Origin: Betaproteobacteria bacterium
Lineage (GTDB): Bacteria; Pseudomonadota; Gammaproteobacteria; Burkholderiales; SG8-41
Assembly (NCBI GenBank): GCA_947474275.1
Contig: CANJHY010000007.1
Span: 12,426-36,425, forward strand
Reading direction: 5' to 3'
DNA length: 24,000 bases
The translations under genes were made by a program, and so were the position numbers. This document shows positions 1-10,404 of this stretch, one piece after another; the first letter of the stretch is position 1, and each line of letters starts with the position of its first letter. The notes under the pieces were generated by a model, which did not search any database, was not told the DNA's origin, and saw nothing but the letters and a program-made list of their open reading frames with translations.

Positions 1-811
1 CGGACATGCAGAGCGCGAGGATGGCGGTTTCAGGTTGAAAGGGCACTGGAAATTTTCAAGCGGCATCGATGCGTCCGGCTGGTGCATGCTGGGCGGCATC
101 GTCGCCAGCGCGCAGGGCGAGATGCCCGAGTATTACGTATTCATACTGCCGCAAGCCGATTACCAGGCCCTCGACACCTGGCACGTTGCCGGATTGCGCG
201 GTACCGGCAGCAAGGATATCGAAGTCAAAAACGTATTTGTGCCGGCACATCGCGCGTTGCCGGTCGCCCAGATGAAAGCCGGTGTTGCGCCAGGCGGCGA
301 AACCGCCCCGCTCTACCGTTTGCCGGTATTCGATATGTTCCCGTATGTAGTGGCAGGCGCCTCGCTGGGCATAGCGCAAGGCGCGATCGAGTTTTTTGTC
401 GAAGACACGCGCCATCGCATTACGGCTTATTCCACTACCCTGCTCGCTGATTACGCGACCACGCAGGCGCGGCTCGGCCATGCGGCGGCTGCGGTTGCCG
501 CGGCCGAACGTATCCTGATGGGCAATTGCAGGGAAGCAATGGAAATGGCTGCCCACCGCACCATGCCGGCGGCTGACCAGAAAATTCGCCTGCGCCGCGA
601 CGCCGCTTACGCCGCGCATCTGTGCACCGAAAGCGTCGATTTGCTGTTTGGCGCCGGCGGTGGCGAATTTCTTTTTAACCAGCAATCCATCCAGCGCAGC
701 TTTCGCGACGTGCACGCCGCGAACAGCCACTACGCGCTGGCATGGGACATCGCGACCACCATGGCCGGCAAGAGCCTGCTGGGTATCGGCGCAGATGTGC
801 CAACCCTTTGA
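1..811 (+). CDS. Two-component flavin-dependent monooxygenase, oxygenase component (acyl-CoA-dehydrogenase fold, HsaA/C2-like); 5' end outside window
   Basis: Frame 2 is open from nt 2, with no stop upstream of the listed TTG at 35. Stop TGA at 809-811. Motifs typical of ACAD-fold group D monooxygenases: FRLKGHWKFSSG and WHVAGLRGTGSKD. A flavin reductase gene follows directly and is coupled to it. Confidence 0.7.
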   Translation, partial: GHAEREDGGFRLKGHWKFSSGIDASGWCMLGGIVASAQGEMPEYYVFILPQADYQALDTWHVAGLRGTGSKDIEVKNVFVPAHRALPVAQMKAGVAPGGETAPLYRLPVFDMFPYVVAGASLGIAQGAIEFFVEDTRHRITAYSTTLLADYATTQARLGHAAAAVAAAERILMGNCREAMEMAAHRTMPAADQKIRLRRDAAYAAHLCTESVDLLFGAGGGEFLFNQQSIQRSFRDVHAANSHYALAWDIATTMAGKSLLGIGADVPTL

Positions 812-1326
812 TGCCCATGGATAACGATTTCCATATTCCGACTGCGGACGCCGACCCGCGAGATATCTGCAAAGCGCTGGGACTGTTTGCGACCGGCGTT
901 ACTATCGTGACGACCAGGACAGGGGCTGGCGAATCGATTGGGCTGACCTGCAATTCCTTCAGTTCGGTATCGCTTTCGCCTCCGCTGGTCCTGTGGAGCC
1001 TGTCGCTGCGCTCGCCCAATTTGCCGAATTTCCTGCAAGCGACACATTTTGCGGTCAATGTGCTCGCGCACGATCAGATCGATCTCGCGCAGCGTTTCGC
1101 GCAGCCGATAACGAATAAGTTCGAAGGCGTCAAACATGTTTCCGGGGCGCATGGCACGCCCCTGATCGAGCACGTTGGCGCGCAATTCGAGTGCCGCACT
1201 GAAGCACGTCATTACAGCGGTGACCACGTCATATTCATCGGCAACGTGCTGCAATACCGGTTTTCCGAACGCGCACCCTTGCTGTTTTTTCGCGGACGCT
1301 ACGCCGCGGTCCAGGAAAACTCCTGA
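811..1326 (+). CDS. NAD(P)H-flavin reductase component (flavin reductase-like FMN-binding split-barrel domain)
   Basis: The ATG at 811 shares one nucleotide with the upstream TGA (TGATG), suggesting translational coupling. Motifs: LFATGVTIVTT, GLTCNSFSSVSLSPPLVLWSL, HFAVNVL. The listed start at 742 lies inside the upstream gene and was rejected. Confidence 0.8.
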   Translation: MPMDNDFHIPTADADPRDICKALGLFATGVTIVTTRTGAGESIGLTCNSFSSVSLSPPLVLWSLSLRSPNLPNFLQATHFAVNVLAHDQIDLAQRFAQPITNKFEGVKHVSGAHGTPLIEHVGAQFECRTEARHYSGDHVIFIGNVLQYRFSERAPLLFFRGRYAAVQENS

Positions 1327-1383
1327 CCGTCGCTGCGCGCATGTCCGCATTGGCATTAATCAAAGAAAGGCAGGAATGACCCG

Positions 1384-2253
1384 ATGAAGCTGCTGCGTTA
1401 TGGCAAGAACGGTTACGAAAAACCCGGCCTCCTGGATCATGCGGACCAGATTCGCGATCTCTCCGGCATCATCAACAATCTGGATGCGCAGACGATTACG
1501 CCCGCCGGACTCAAGAAACTGCGTGCGATCGACCCCGAGTCGCTGCCGCTGGTGAAGGGCAACCCGCGCCTCGGTGTCCCCTTTACCGGGATCAGCAAAT
1601 TCGTGGCGGTCGGCCTCAATTACTCCGACCACGCCGCCGAAGCCGGCATGCCGGTGCCGAGCGAACCCATATTGTTTACCAAGGCGACCACGTCGATTAC
1701 CGGCCCTAACGATCCGGTGGTATTGCCGCAAGACGCGCGCAAAGGCGACTGGGAAGTCGAACTCGCCATCGTGATCGGCAGCGTCGCGCGCTACGTGCCC
1801 GAAGAACGCGCCCTCGACTATGTCGCCGGCTATTGCGTCACCAACGACGTTTCCGAGCGCAGTTTCCAGCTCGAGCGCGGCAGCCAGTGGGACCGCGGCA
1901 AGGGTTGCGACACCTTCGGCCCGCTCGGCCCCTATCTGGTGACGACCGAAGAAATTCCCAATCCGCAGGCGCTCGACATGTGGCTGGACCTGAACGGCCA
2001 GCGCATGCAGACGGGCAATACGCGCACGATGATATTCGGTGCGGCTTTTCTCGTCAGCTATATCAGCCGTTTCATGACGCTGCTGCCAGGCGACGTGATT
2101 GCGACCGGTACCCCGCCTGGCGTCGGGCTCGGCAAAAAACCGCCGGTTTACCTCAAGCCCGGCGACGTGATGACGCTGGGCCTCAAAGGCCTGGGCGAGC
2201 AGCGCCAGGAAGTGCGTGCATTCACGCCGGAGTTCTGGAAAAGCTATCCCTGA
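1384..2253 (+). CDS. Fumarylacetoacetate hydrolase (FAH) family protein (hydratase/hydrolase/decarboxylase type)
   Basis: 289 aa. Motifs: VGLNYSDHAAE, WEVELAIVIG, NDVSER, TGTPPGVG. AGGCAGGA Shine-Dalgarno-like sequence upstream of the ATG. Confidence 0.85.
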   Translation: MKLLRYGKNGYEKPGLLDHADQIRDLSGIINNLDAQTITPAGLKKLRAIDPESLPLVKGNPRLGVPFTGISKFVAVGLNYSDHAAEAGMPVPSEPILFTKATTSITGPNDPVVLPQDARKGDWEVELAIVIGSVARYVPEERALDYVAGYCVTNDVSERSFQLERGSQWDRGKGCDTFGPLGPYLVTTEEIPNPQALDMWLDLNGQRMQTGNTRTMIFGAAFLVSYISRFMTLLPGDVIATGTPPGVGLGKKPPVYLKPGDVMTLGLKGLGEQRQEVRAFTPEFWKSYP

Positions 2254-2297
2254 GTTTACGTAGCAGGCACGCGGCTGCCGCCAGCGCCTTCTTTAGC

Positions 2298-2331
2298 AAA
2301 AAAAAACGCCCACCGGCAAAGCCGGTGGGCG
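2298..2331 (-). terminator. Rho-independent terminator of pckG
   Basis: Perfect 11-bp GC-rich stem CGCCCACCGGC (2307-2317) / GCCGGTGGGCG (2321-2331) with a 3-nt loop. On the minus strand it is followed by a run of nine T (A9 at 2298-2306 on plus). It lies 34 nt downstream of the pckG stop. Confidence 0.75.
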
Positions 2332-2364
2332 GTGGTAACCACTCGTAAGGAGAATTAGCGTGGG

Positions 2365-4206
<1,842 letters not shown>

Positions 4207-4264
4207 TACTTCACTTCTCCTGTCGGCGACCTGATTTTTTTAACGACCAGATGCTTTGGTAATC

Positions 4265-4287
4265 CGCCCGTTTGACGTAAACGGGCG
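4265..4287. promoter_or_regulatory. 9-bp inverted repeat/hairpin in the pckG upstream region
   Basis: CGCCCGTTT-gacgt-AAACGGGCG, 59-81 nt upstream of the pckG ATG. No U-tract on either strand, so it looks like an operator or 5'-UTR structure rather than a terminator. Confidence 0.3.
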
Positions 4288-4487
4288 TGAAAGGACGAAA
4301 ATTCTACCCCAAATCGATACCTGATTACCGGGTTCTAGCCGGCCTTAGGGCAAAAATATTAACCCTTATAACTTCAACAGGTTAACGCTTTAAATTGGAA
4401 GCCTTACGGTAACTCCTGGGAGCGCTTCAGCGGGGCCGGCGGCGGCATGCGGGAGCTGGACTGCTCATTTATTCAGCAATCCGCCTT

Positions 4488-4512
4488 GGCAGGGCGGGGG
4501 TGCCGCCCTGCC
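4488..4512 (-). terminator. GC-rich hairpin just downstream of the GST gene (possible terminator without a U-tract)
   Basis: GGCAGGGCGG (4488-4497) pairs with CCGCCCTGCC (4503-4512) around a 5-nt loop, 21 nt after the GST stop. No T-run follows on the minus strand, so confidence is low. Confidence 0.3.
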
Positions 4513-4532
4513 CGCCTTACGCGTGTAGCCGG

Positions 4533-5228
4533 CTAACGGCGGGTGAACTGGGTCTTGCCGAACAGGATATCGCGCGACTTGTCGTCGTGGGGCGCGTTAT
4601 TCTGGGCGTCACACAAAACCTGCAGCCCCCGCACCACAGCCGGACGTGCATTGATCGCATCGAACCAGCGTTGCGCGTGCGGATACGCGGGCAAATCGAC
4701 GCCGCGCTTGTCCGAGTTGCGCATCCATGGAAATACGGCCATGTCCGCAATTGAATACTCGTCGCCTGCCAGATAGGGGGTTTCGGCAAGTCGCGTATTC
4801 AGCACATTCGTCAGCCGGTTCGCCTCGTTGGTGTAGCGCTCGATCGCGTAGGCTATTTTTTCGACGGCATAGGCGCGAAAATGATTGGCCTGCCCGAACA
4901 TCGGACCGACGCCGCCCATCTGCCACATCAGCCATTGCAGCGCCGCGTAGCGTTTATGCAGGTCAAGCGGCAGAAATTTACCGGTTTTACCGGCCAGATA
5001 AATCAATATCGCGCCGGATTCGAACAACGAAATCGGCCTGCCGTCCGGACTGTCGTAATCGACTATCGCCGGCATGCGATTATTCGGGCTGATCTTGAGA
5101 AACGATGGTTTGAACTGGTCGCCGGCGCGAATGTTTATGCCGTGCACGCGGTACTGCAAGCCGCATTCCTCCAGCATGATATGCACTTTGTGGCCGTTGG
5201 GAGTCGGCCAGCTATAGAGATCGATCAT
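4533..5228 (-). CDS. yfcG: Nu-class glutathione S-transferase / GSH-dependent disulfide reductase (YfcG-like)
   Basis: I chose the start at ATG 5228. GAGGAGAAAG lies just upstream, and MIDLYSWPTPNGHKV...ISPNNRMPAIVD...ESGAILIYL...YAIERY aligns from residue 1 with E. coli YfcG as I remember it. The 74-codon upstream extension in the ORF track is not supported. Confidence 0.85.
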   Translation of the reverse strand: MIDLYSWPTPNGHKVHIMLEECGLQYRVHGINIRAGDQFKPSFLKISPNNRMPAIVDYDSPDGRPISLFESGAILIYLAGKTGKFLPLDLHKRYAALQWLMWQMGGVGPMFGQANHFRAYAVEKIAYAIERYTNEANRLTNVLNTRLAETPYLAGDEYSIADMAVFPWMRNSDKRGVDLPAYPHAQRWFDAINARPAVVRGLQVLCDAQNNAPHDDKSRDILFGKTQFTRR

Positions 5229-5552
5229 TGCTTTCTCCTCGACTGTCGCCCGCGATACTACCAACAACATCCGGCAGCAGCAAACGGCGCGGCGGCTCGC
5301 CTGCCGCGGTAATGCTTGTTGCGCTTGCGCACAATCTTCATGCTCCAGCGTGAGCACTGTGCCGCGCAACCTGGCTGCGGCGGTGAGCCCCAGCCCCATG
5401 CTTGCGGGATGGCTGATGACATTGTCGCCGTTCGGCTGACCGCTGGTCATCTGCGGTGGACTTAAAGTCGTCTATGATCTCTTGTTGCTGGCCATGTTCC
5501 GCCATGTGCGGCCGCCTGAAGAATCCAAAATAGTCCTGCCCGAGGAGAAACC

Positions 5553-6470
5553 ATGAAGCTGCTGACCTTTCGCCCCGCCCGTGCGCGCACCGGCCATTTC
5601 GGCGTGCTACTCGCCGACCAGCGGGTGCTCGACATCACTGCGCTGTCCGGCCGCAAATTGCCGGCGACGCTGCTGGAATGCATAGAGGACGGCGCAGAAG
5701 GATTAGCTGCCGTCAGAGCCGCGCTGGCGGATGCCGAAAGCGCGCTCAAGCGCGGCGAGCAACTGCCCCAGGTGTTTGCGCTGAGCGACATAACGCTGGA
5801 AGCCCCGCTCAAGCCGGGCAAGATCATGGCGGTGGGCAAGAATTACGCTGACCACGCTGCGGAAGGCGCCGGCGAGTTGTATACGCGCGTCGCCGGCTTC
5901 GTAAAGCTGACGAGTTGCGTGGTGGCACCCGGCACCACCGTACGCAAACCGGGCTGGACCGAAAGCTTCGACTATGAAAACGAGCTTGCCATCGTCATCG
6001 GCCGCCATTGTTGCGACGTGCCTCCCGAGCAGGCCTATGACTGCGTATTCGGCTACACCATCATGAACGATCTGTCATGCCGCGACGTGCAGTTCGCCGA
6101 ACGCAAGGAAGGCAATATCTGCATCGGCAAAAATTTCCCGACGGCGGCGCCGCTGGGGCCGTGGATAGTTACCAAGGACGAAATTCCTGATCCGCATAAC
6201 CTGCGCATCGTCACGCGCGTCAATAGCGAAGTGCGCCAGGATTCGACCACGAAAAACCAGATATACAACATCCCGGCGCAAATCGCGTGGTATTCGCATG
6301 CCGGGTTCGAGCCCGGCGATCTGATTTCGAGCGGCACGCCTTCAGGCACCGGCATGGGCTACAAAGGGCCCGGGAACTGGTACCTGCAAAACGGCGATCA
6401 GATCGAATGCGAAATAGAAAAAATAGGCATCCTCGCCAACACGGTAACGACGCGCAAACGCCGCAGCTGA
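5553..6470 (+). CDS. Fumarylacetoacetate hydrolase (FAH) family protein, second diverged paralogue in the window
   Basis: 305 aa. Motifs: VGKNYADHAAE, ENELAIVIG, MNDLSCRD, SGTPSGTG. GAGGAGAAA RBS upstream. Confidence 0.85.
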   Translation: MKLLTFRPARARTGHFGVLLADQRVLDITALSGRKLPATLLECIEDGAEGLAAVRAALADAESALKRGEQLPQVFALSDITLEAPLKPGKIMAVGKNYADHAAEGAGELYTRVAGFVKLTSCVVAPGTTVRKPGWTESFDYENELAIVIGRHCCDVPPEQAYDCVFGYTIMNDLSCRDVQFAERKEGNICIGKNFPTAAPLGPWIVTKDEIPDPHNLRIVTRVNSEVRQDSTTKNQIYNIPAQIAWYSHAGFEPGDLISSGTPSGTGMGYKGPGNWYLQNGDQIECEIEKIGILANTVTTRKRRS

Positions 6471-7499
6471 TCAGCGCCGGAAGGTGACGGTCTTCAGCAC
6501 GCGCGCCCAGCGTTCGCGATCATATTCGACCTGCCGGCGGAACTCTTCGCTCGATCCCGGTGCCGGCAGCAGACCCTGCGCGATCAAAGTCCGCTGCAGC
6601 AGATCTTCCGCCAAGGCTCGGTTGATGTCGTAGTTGAGCAAGGACACGACCGCGGCCGGTGTACGCGCGGGCGCGAATATACCGAACCAGCCGCTGGCGT
6701 CGAAGTCCGCTACGCCGGCTTCCGCTATCGTTCCTATCTCGGCTACCGCGGGATGTCGCACCGCTGAAGCCATGGCGATGATTTTGATCTTGCTGCCCGC
6801 CAGATGCGGCAACACGGCGGCCAGCGGCACAAATCCGAGTTCAACCTGCCCCGTCAGTACGGCATTCATCGCGGGCAGGCTGCCGTTGTAATTGACGTGC
6901 ACGATCTGCGCCCCGCTCATCGCCGCAAACAATTCGCCCGTCAAGTGCGATGTTGAACCATCGCCGGCTGAAGCGTAATTGATGCTGCCCGGCAGGCGGC
7001 GGGCACGATCGATAATGTCGCGCAGATTTTCCCGCGGCCGTTCCGCCGCCGCAATCAACGCAATCGGCATGCGCGCAAACATCGCTACCGGCTGCAGATC
7101 GCGCAAAGCATCGAAATCCGGACTCGGATTCAGCGCCGGGAACACGGTAATCGTCGGACTGTCCGCGAATAGCAGCGTGTAGCCGTCCGCCGCGGATTGC
7201 GCGACATAGCGTGTTCCGGCATTGGATTTACCCCGCACCTGGCGTTGCGTGTTGACCGGCTGGCCGAGGGCAGCAGCCAAAGTCTGCTGCAGTTGCTGCA
7301 CCATGGTGTCGGTCAAAGACGGCGCCGACATGTTTTGCATGACACGGACCAGCTTGCTGATGCGCGGGATGCCGGCGATATCGGTCGAACCTGTCGCCGG
7401 GAACGGCAGCACCAGTTTGAGCGACTGCTCGGGATATGCGGCGTGCGACCAGGAGATGTGGGCCAGCAACAGCCCTGCCGCGAGCAGGCGCACAGTCAC
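6471..7499 (-). CDS. Bug-family (TctC-like) tripartite tricarboxylate transporter periplasmic substrate-binding protein, divergent
   Basis: Signal peptide [20 protein letters not shown]|AYPE. Bug hallmarks present: [42 protein letters not shown]. The GTG start overlaps the ALDH stop (GTGA, 7496-7499). Confidence 0.8.
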   Translation of the reverse strand: MTVRLLAAGLLLAHISWSHAAYPEQSLKLVLPFPATGSTDIAGIPRISKLVRVMQNMSAPSLTDTMVQQLQQTLAAALGQPVNTQRQVRGKSNAGTRYVAQSAADGYTLLFADSPTITVFPALNPSPDFDALRDLQPVAMFARMPIALIAAAERPRENLRDIIDRARRLPGSINYASAGDGSTSHLTGELFAAMSGAQIVHVNYNGSLPAMNAVLTGQVELGFVPLAAVLPHLAGSKIKIIAMASAVRHPAVAEIGTIAEAGVADFDASGWFGIFAPARTPAAVVSLLNYDINRALAEDLLQRTLIAQGLLPAPGSSEEFRRQVEYDRERWARVLKTVTFRR

Positions 7500-8920
7500 T
7501 GCGGCAACTGGATCGATTTGACCTCGAGAAACTCTTCAAGGCCGTAGCGTCCGAGTTCGCGGCCATGTCCTGATTGCTTGTAACCACCGAAGGGCGCCAG
7601 CATGTTGAACGCCCCGCCATTGATATCGACGCGGCCGGTGCGCATGCGCCGCGCGACACGGTTCGCCCGCGCTTCATCCTGCGACCACACCGCGCCGGCG
7701 AGCCCATAAACCGTACTGTTCGCCAGGCGCACGGCGTCATCCTCGTCTTTGTAGGTGAGGATGCTGATGACCGGCCCGAAGATTTCCTCCTGCGCAATCG
7801 TCATGTCCTCGGTGACGCGCCCGAATACCGTCGGTTGCACGTAATAACCTTTGGCCAGCCCCGCCGGCGCATCAGGACCGCCGAGCAGCAGTTCGGCACC
7901 TTCGGCAATGCCTTTCCTGATATAGCCGCGCACACGCTCGCGCTGCGTGTCCGAAATCAGCGGTCCGAGCTTGGTGTCGGACGCCAACGGGTCGCCCAGC
8001 GTAAACGCCTGCGCCGCTTCAACCGCGAGCTTGGCGGCTTCGGTATAGCGCGCTGCGGGCACCAACAGCCGTGTGTGCGCAGTGCAGGTCTGGCCCGAAT
8101 TGAGGAAGCAGGCATTGACCGTTGCGCGGACCGCTTTTGTAAAGTCCGCATCATCCAGAATCACTGACGCCGACTTGCCGCCAAGTTCGAGCGCCACGCG
8201 CTTCACAGTGGCCGCAGCCAGTTCGGAAACACGTTTGCCGGCGCGCGTCGATCCCGTGAATGAAATCATATCGACGTCCGCATGGCGGGCAAGCGCTTCG
8301 CCCACCACAGCACCAGTGCCGCATACGAGATTGAACACACCCGCCGGCAGGCCGACGCCGTCGATGATTTCGGCCAGCATGAACGCGGTCAGCGGAGCAA
8401 TTTCGCTCGGTTTGAGCACTACGGTGCAACCCGCCGCGAGCGCCGGCGCCACTTTGGCGACAACCTGATGCAGCGGGTAATTCCACGGCGTGATGCAGCC
8501 GACCACGCCGACCGGTTCGTGCACGACCAGCGAATTGCCAATTTTCTCTTCGAACTGGTATTCGCGTACCAGCTTGGCGTAGCTCGCCATGACCAGCGGC
8601 GGCAATCCGGCCTGGATGCGTTGCGACATCTTGAGCGGCATGCCGACCTCGCCGGCGATGCTGCGCGCGATCTCGTCCGTGCGCGCAGTAAGCCCGGCGG
8701 AAATTTTCTCCAGATATCCCGCGCGCGTTTCTACCGGGGTTGTGGCCCATGCGTCGAATGCATCGCGCGCCGCTGCTACCGCGGCAGCGACGTCCGCCGC
8801 GGTGCCGTCGGGAACCTGCCCCATCGTCTCTTCCGTCGCCGCATTGATGACTGCCAGCGTGCGCGAGGAGAGAGAAGGAATCCAGCGGCCATTGATATAT
8901 ATTTTGTCGCGGATCTGCAT
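7496..8920 (-). CDS. NAD(P)+-dependent aldehyde dehydrogenase
   Basis: 474 aa. Catalytic motifs ELGGKSA and [10 protein letters not shown], and cofactor motif FTGSTRAG. Confidence 0.9.
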   Translation of the reverse strand: MQIRDKIYINGRWIPSLSSRTLAVINAATEETMGQVPDGTAADVAAAVAAARDAFDAWATTPVETRAGYLEKISAGLTARTDEIARSIAGEVGMPLKMSQRIQAGLPPLVMASYAKLVREYQFEEKIGNSLVVHEPVGVVGCITPWNYPLHQVVAKVAPALAAGCTVVLKPSEIAPLTAFMLAEIIDGVGLPAGVFNLVCGTGAVVGEALARHADVDMISFTGSTRAGKRVSELAAATVKRVALELGGKSASVILDDADFTKAVRATVNACFLNSGQTCTAHTRLLVPAARYTEAAKLAVEAAQAFTLGDPLASDTKLGPLISDTQRERVRGYIRKGIAEGAELLLGGPDAPAGLAKGYYVQPTVFGRVTEDMTIAQEEIFGPVISILTYKDEDDAVRLANSTVYGLAGAVWSQDEARANRVARRMRTGRVDINGGAFNMLAPFGGYKQSGHGRELGRYGLEEFLEVKSIQLPQ

Positions 8921-9071
8921 GTCGGCACACCTGGTAGTTGTTGCGAAGGGGCGAGCCTAACGCGTGGAGTTTGTAAACGTCAATTCCAGCCGGACGTTAA
9001 TACTGTTGCAGAAGACTCAAACGCGATGAACCAGCCTTTGCATGTCACGATCAACCGACAGAGGAAACCCC

Positions 9072-9326
9072 ATGAAACTGCGCTATTTGATGTCGATTAC
9101 CGCGTTGCTGGCCGGTGCGGCCGCGTGGGCAGCCGATACACCCAGCCGCACATCGCCGGTGGACGCTAACGCCGCATGCATGGAGCGCAATGTCGATGCG
9201 TCGAGCGGCAATTGCGTGCCTAAGGATGATGGCAAACCGCGCCGTGCTTATCCGCCCAAAACAACGTCAGCGGGCGCTGCGCCTTCGTCAGCGCCCGCCC
9301 CGGGTTCTTCAGCCGTACGCAAATAA
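9072..9326 (+). CDS. Small secreted protein of unknown function (two Cys, Pro/Ala/Ser-rich tail)
   Basis: Start chosen at ATG 9072, which is preceded by GAGGAAA. Signal peptide MKLRYLMSITALLAGAAAWA|AD. I recognise no family. Confidence 0.45.
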   Translation: MKLRYLMSITALLAGAAAWAADTPSRTSPVDANAACMERNVDASSGNCVPKDDGKPRRAYPPKTTSAGAAPSSAPAPGSSAVRK

Positions 9327-9346
9327 GGTCACACTGACCTGCAAGG

Positions 9347-10381
9347 CTAGGTTGCCGCAACCGCAGTCACCGCGCTGAACAGGTCTGCAACGGTTTCGCG
9401 CGGGATACCCCGCGTAATAAACACCAGTCTCGACGCGCGGTCAGCGTCCGGCCAGCCTGCCAACGCAACCGGCGGGTGAAACAGGTGCTGAACCCCCTGC
9501 ACCACCAGCGGACTTGATTCCCCTGTCACGTTGATCAGCCCTTTGACGCGCAGCAAATCGGGGCCACGCAAAGCCGTCAGTACTTCTATGCATTGCTCGA
9601 ACGCACGGACGGAGAACGGCTGGTCGAAGCGCAGGGTAAAAGTCGTAATCGCCGCGTCGTGGGCATGATGTCCCGCGCTGCGTTCACTGCGCGCGGCACC
9701 GAGCCAGCGATCTATCCGCGTGGCGTCGGCGCGCGCATCGTCAAATCCTATATCCGTCACGAACGAAGCTTCAATCACGCCGTGCTCTGCCAGCCCGATT
9801 TGCGCGAAGGGCGCCACGCCGGCCAGCGTCTCTTTTACCTTCTCCAGCATATCCGCACTGACCTGGTCCGACTTGGTAATGATCACGCGATCGGCCAATG
9901 CGACCTGCTTCAACGCTTCAGGCTGGGATTCGAGCTGGGCAAGCGCATGATACGCATCGACGCAAGTCACCACGCCGTTCAGGCGGAATTGCCCGAGCAA
10001 CAGCGTGTCTGACAATAATGTCTGCAGTACCGGAGCAGGATCGGCAAGTCCGGTCGTCTCCAGCAATACGCGCTCGAAATCGCCTATCTCGCCCTGCCGG
10101 CGCGCCAGAAACAAATCGCGCAGGGTGAGCTGTAAATCGCCGCGCAATGCGCAGCATACGCAGCCGTTTTCCAGCAGCAGCACTTTTTCCTGGGCAAAGC
10201 GCAGCAGATCGTGGTCGATGCCCTGCTCGCCATACTCGTTGACGATCACCGCGCTGCGCGCGAGCGCGGGCTGCGCGAGCAGATGATTGAGCAGGGTGGT
10301 CTTGCCGCTGCCGAGAAACCCGGTGATAACGGTGACCGGGATCTTGCCGGCGAACGGATCGCGTGCCGTCGAGCCCGCCAT
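9347..10381 (-). CDS. COG0523-family G3E P-loop GTPase (CobW/YjiA/ZigA-like metallochaperone)
   Basis: Walker A GFLGSGKTTLLN, metal-binding GCVCCALRGDL (CxCC), Walker B LLETTGLADP. A short His cluster (AGHHAHD) precedes the CobW_C-like C-terminal domain. Confidence 0.9.
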   Translation of the reverse strand: MAGSTARDPFAGKIPVTVITGFLGSGKTTLLNHLLAQPALARSAVIVNEYGEQGIDHDLLRFAQEKVLLLENGCVCCALRGDLQLTLRDLFLARRQGEIGDFERVLLETTGLADPAPVLQTLLSDTLLLGQFRLNGVVTCVDAYHALAQLESQPEALKQVALADRVIITKSDQVSADMLEKVKETLAGVAPFAQIGLAEHGVIEASFVTDIGFDDARADATRIDRWLGAARSERSAGHHAHDAAITTFTLRFDQPFSVRAFEQCIEVLTALRGPDLLRVKGLINVTGESSPLVVQGVQHLFHPPVALAGWPDADRASRLVFITRGIPRETVADLFSAVTAVAAT

Positions 10382-10404
10382 GGTCGGTCGCGCGTGCGGG
10401 TCCG

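Noticed and set aside
742-810. Upstream-extended starts offered by the ORF track: flavin reductase 742, secreted protein 9042, J-like protein 13111, GNAT 15541.
   Set aside because: In each case an internal start has a better RBS, or it coincides with the beginning of the family-conserved N-terminus or signal peptide. The extensions overlap neighbouring genes or lie in promoter DNA.
5229-5450. 74-codon N-terminal extension of the GST ORF (listed as 4533-5450), and more generally the GC-rich 324-bp spacer 5229-5552 as a possible hidden gene or gene remnant.
   Set aside because: Homology to YfcG starts exactly at the internal ATG (5228), which has a strong GAGGAGAAAG RBS. The extension (MTSGQPNGDNVISHPAS...) matches nothing I recognise. 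A 55-codon minus-strand ORF starting at 5505 is equally featureless. The spacer is unusually GC-rich for this window, so a decayed gene cannot be excluded, but I cannot support one.
6464-6477. Zero-spacing convergent gene ends (FAH2/Bug within CTGATCAG). Also the 20-nt 3' overlap of NRDE/GNAT (15050-15069) and the 4-nt gap between mtnA and the FabG-like gene (18594-18597), all considered as possible antisense-regulation arrangements.
   Set aside because: Tight convergent packing is common in compact bacterial genomes. Nothing in the sequence (no hairpins or conserved elements) points to a specific mechanism.
8976-8998. AACGTC-N11-GACGTT inverted repeat in the ALDH / small-protein divergent spacer.
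   Set aside because: The arms are only 6 bp, which is expected by chance in a 150-bp spacer, and there is no second copy or supporting context.
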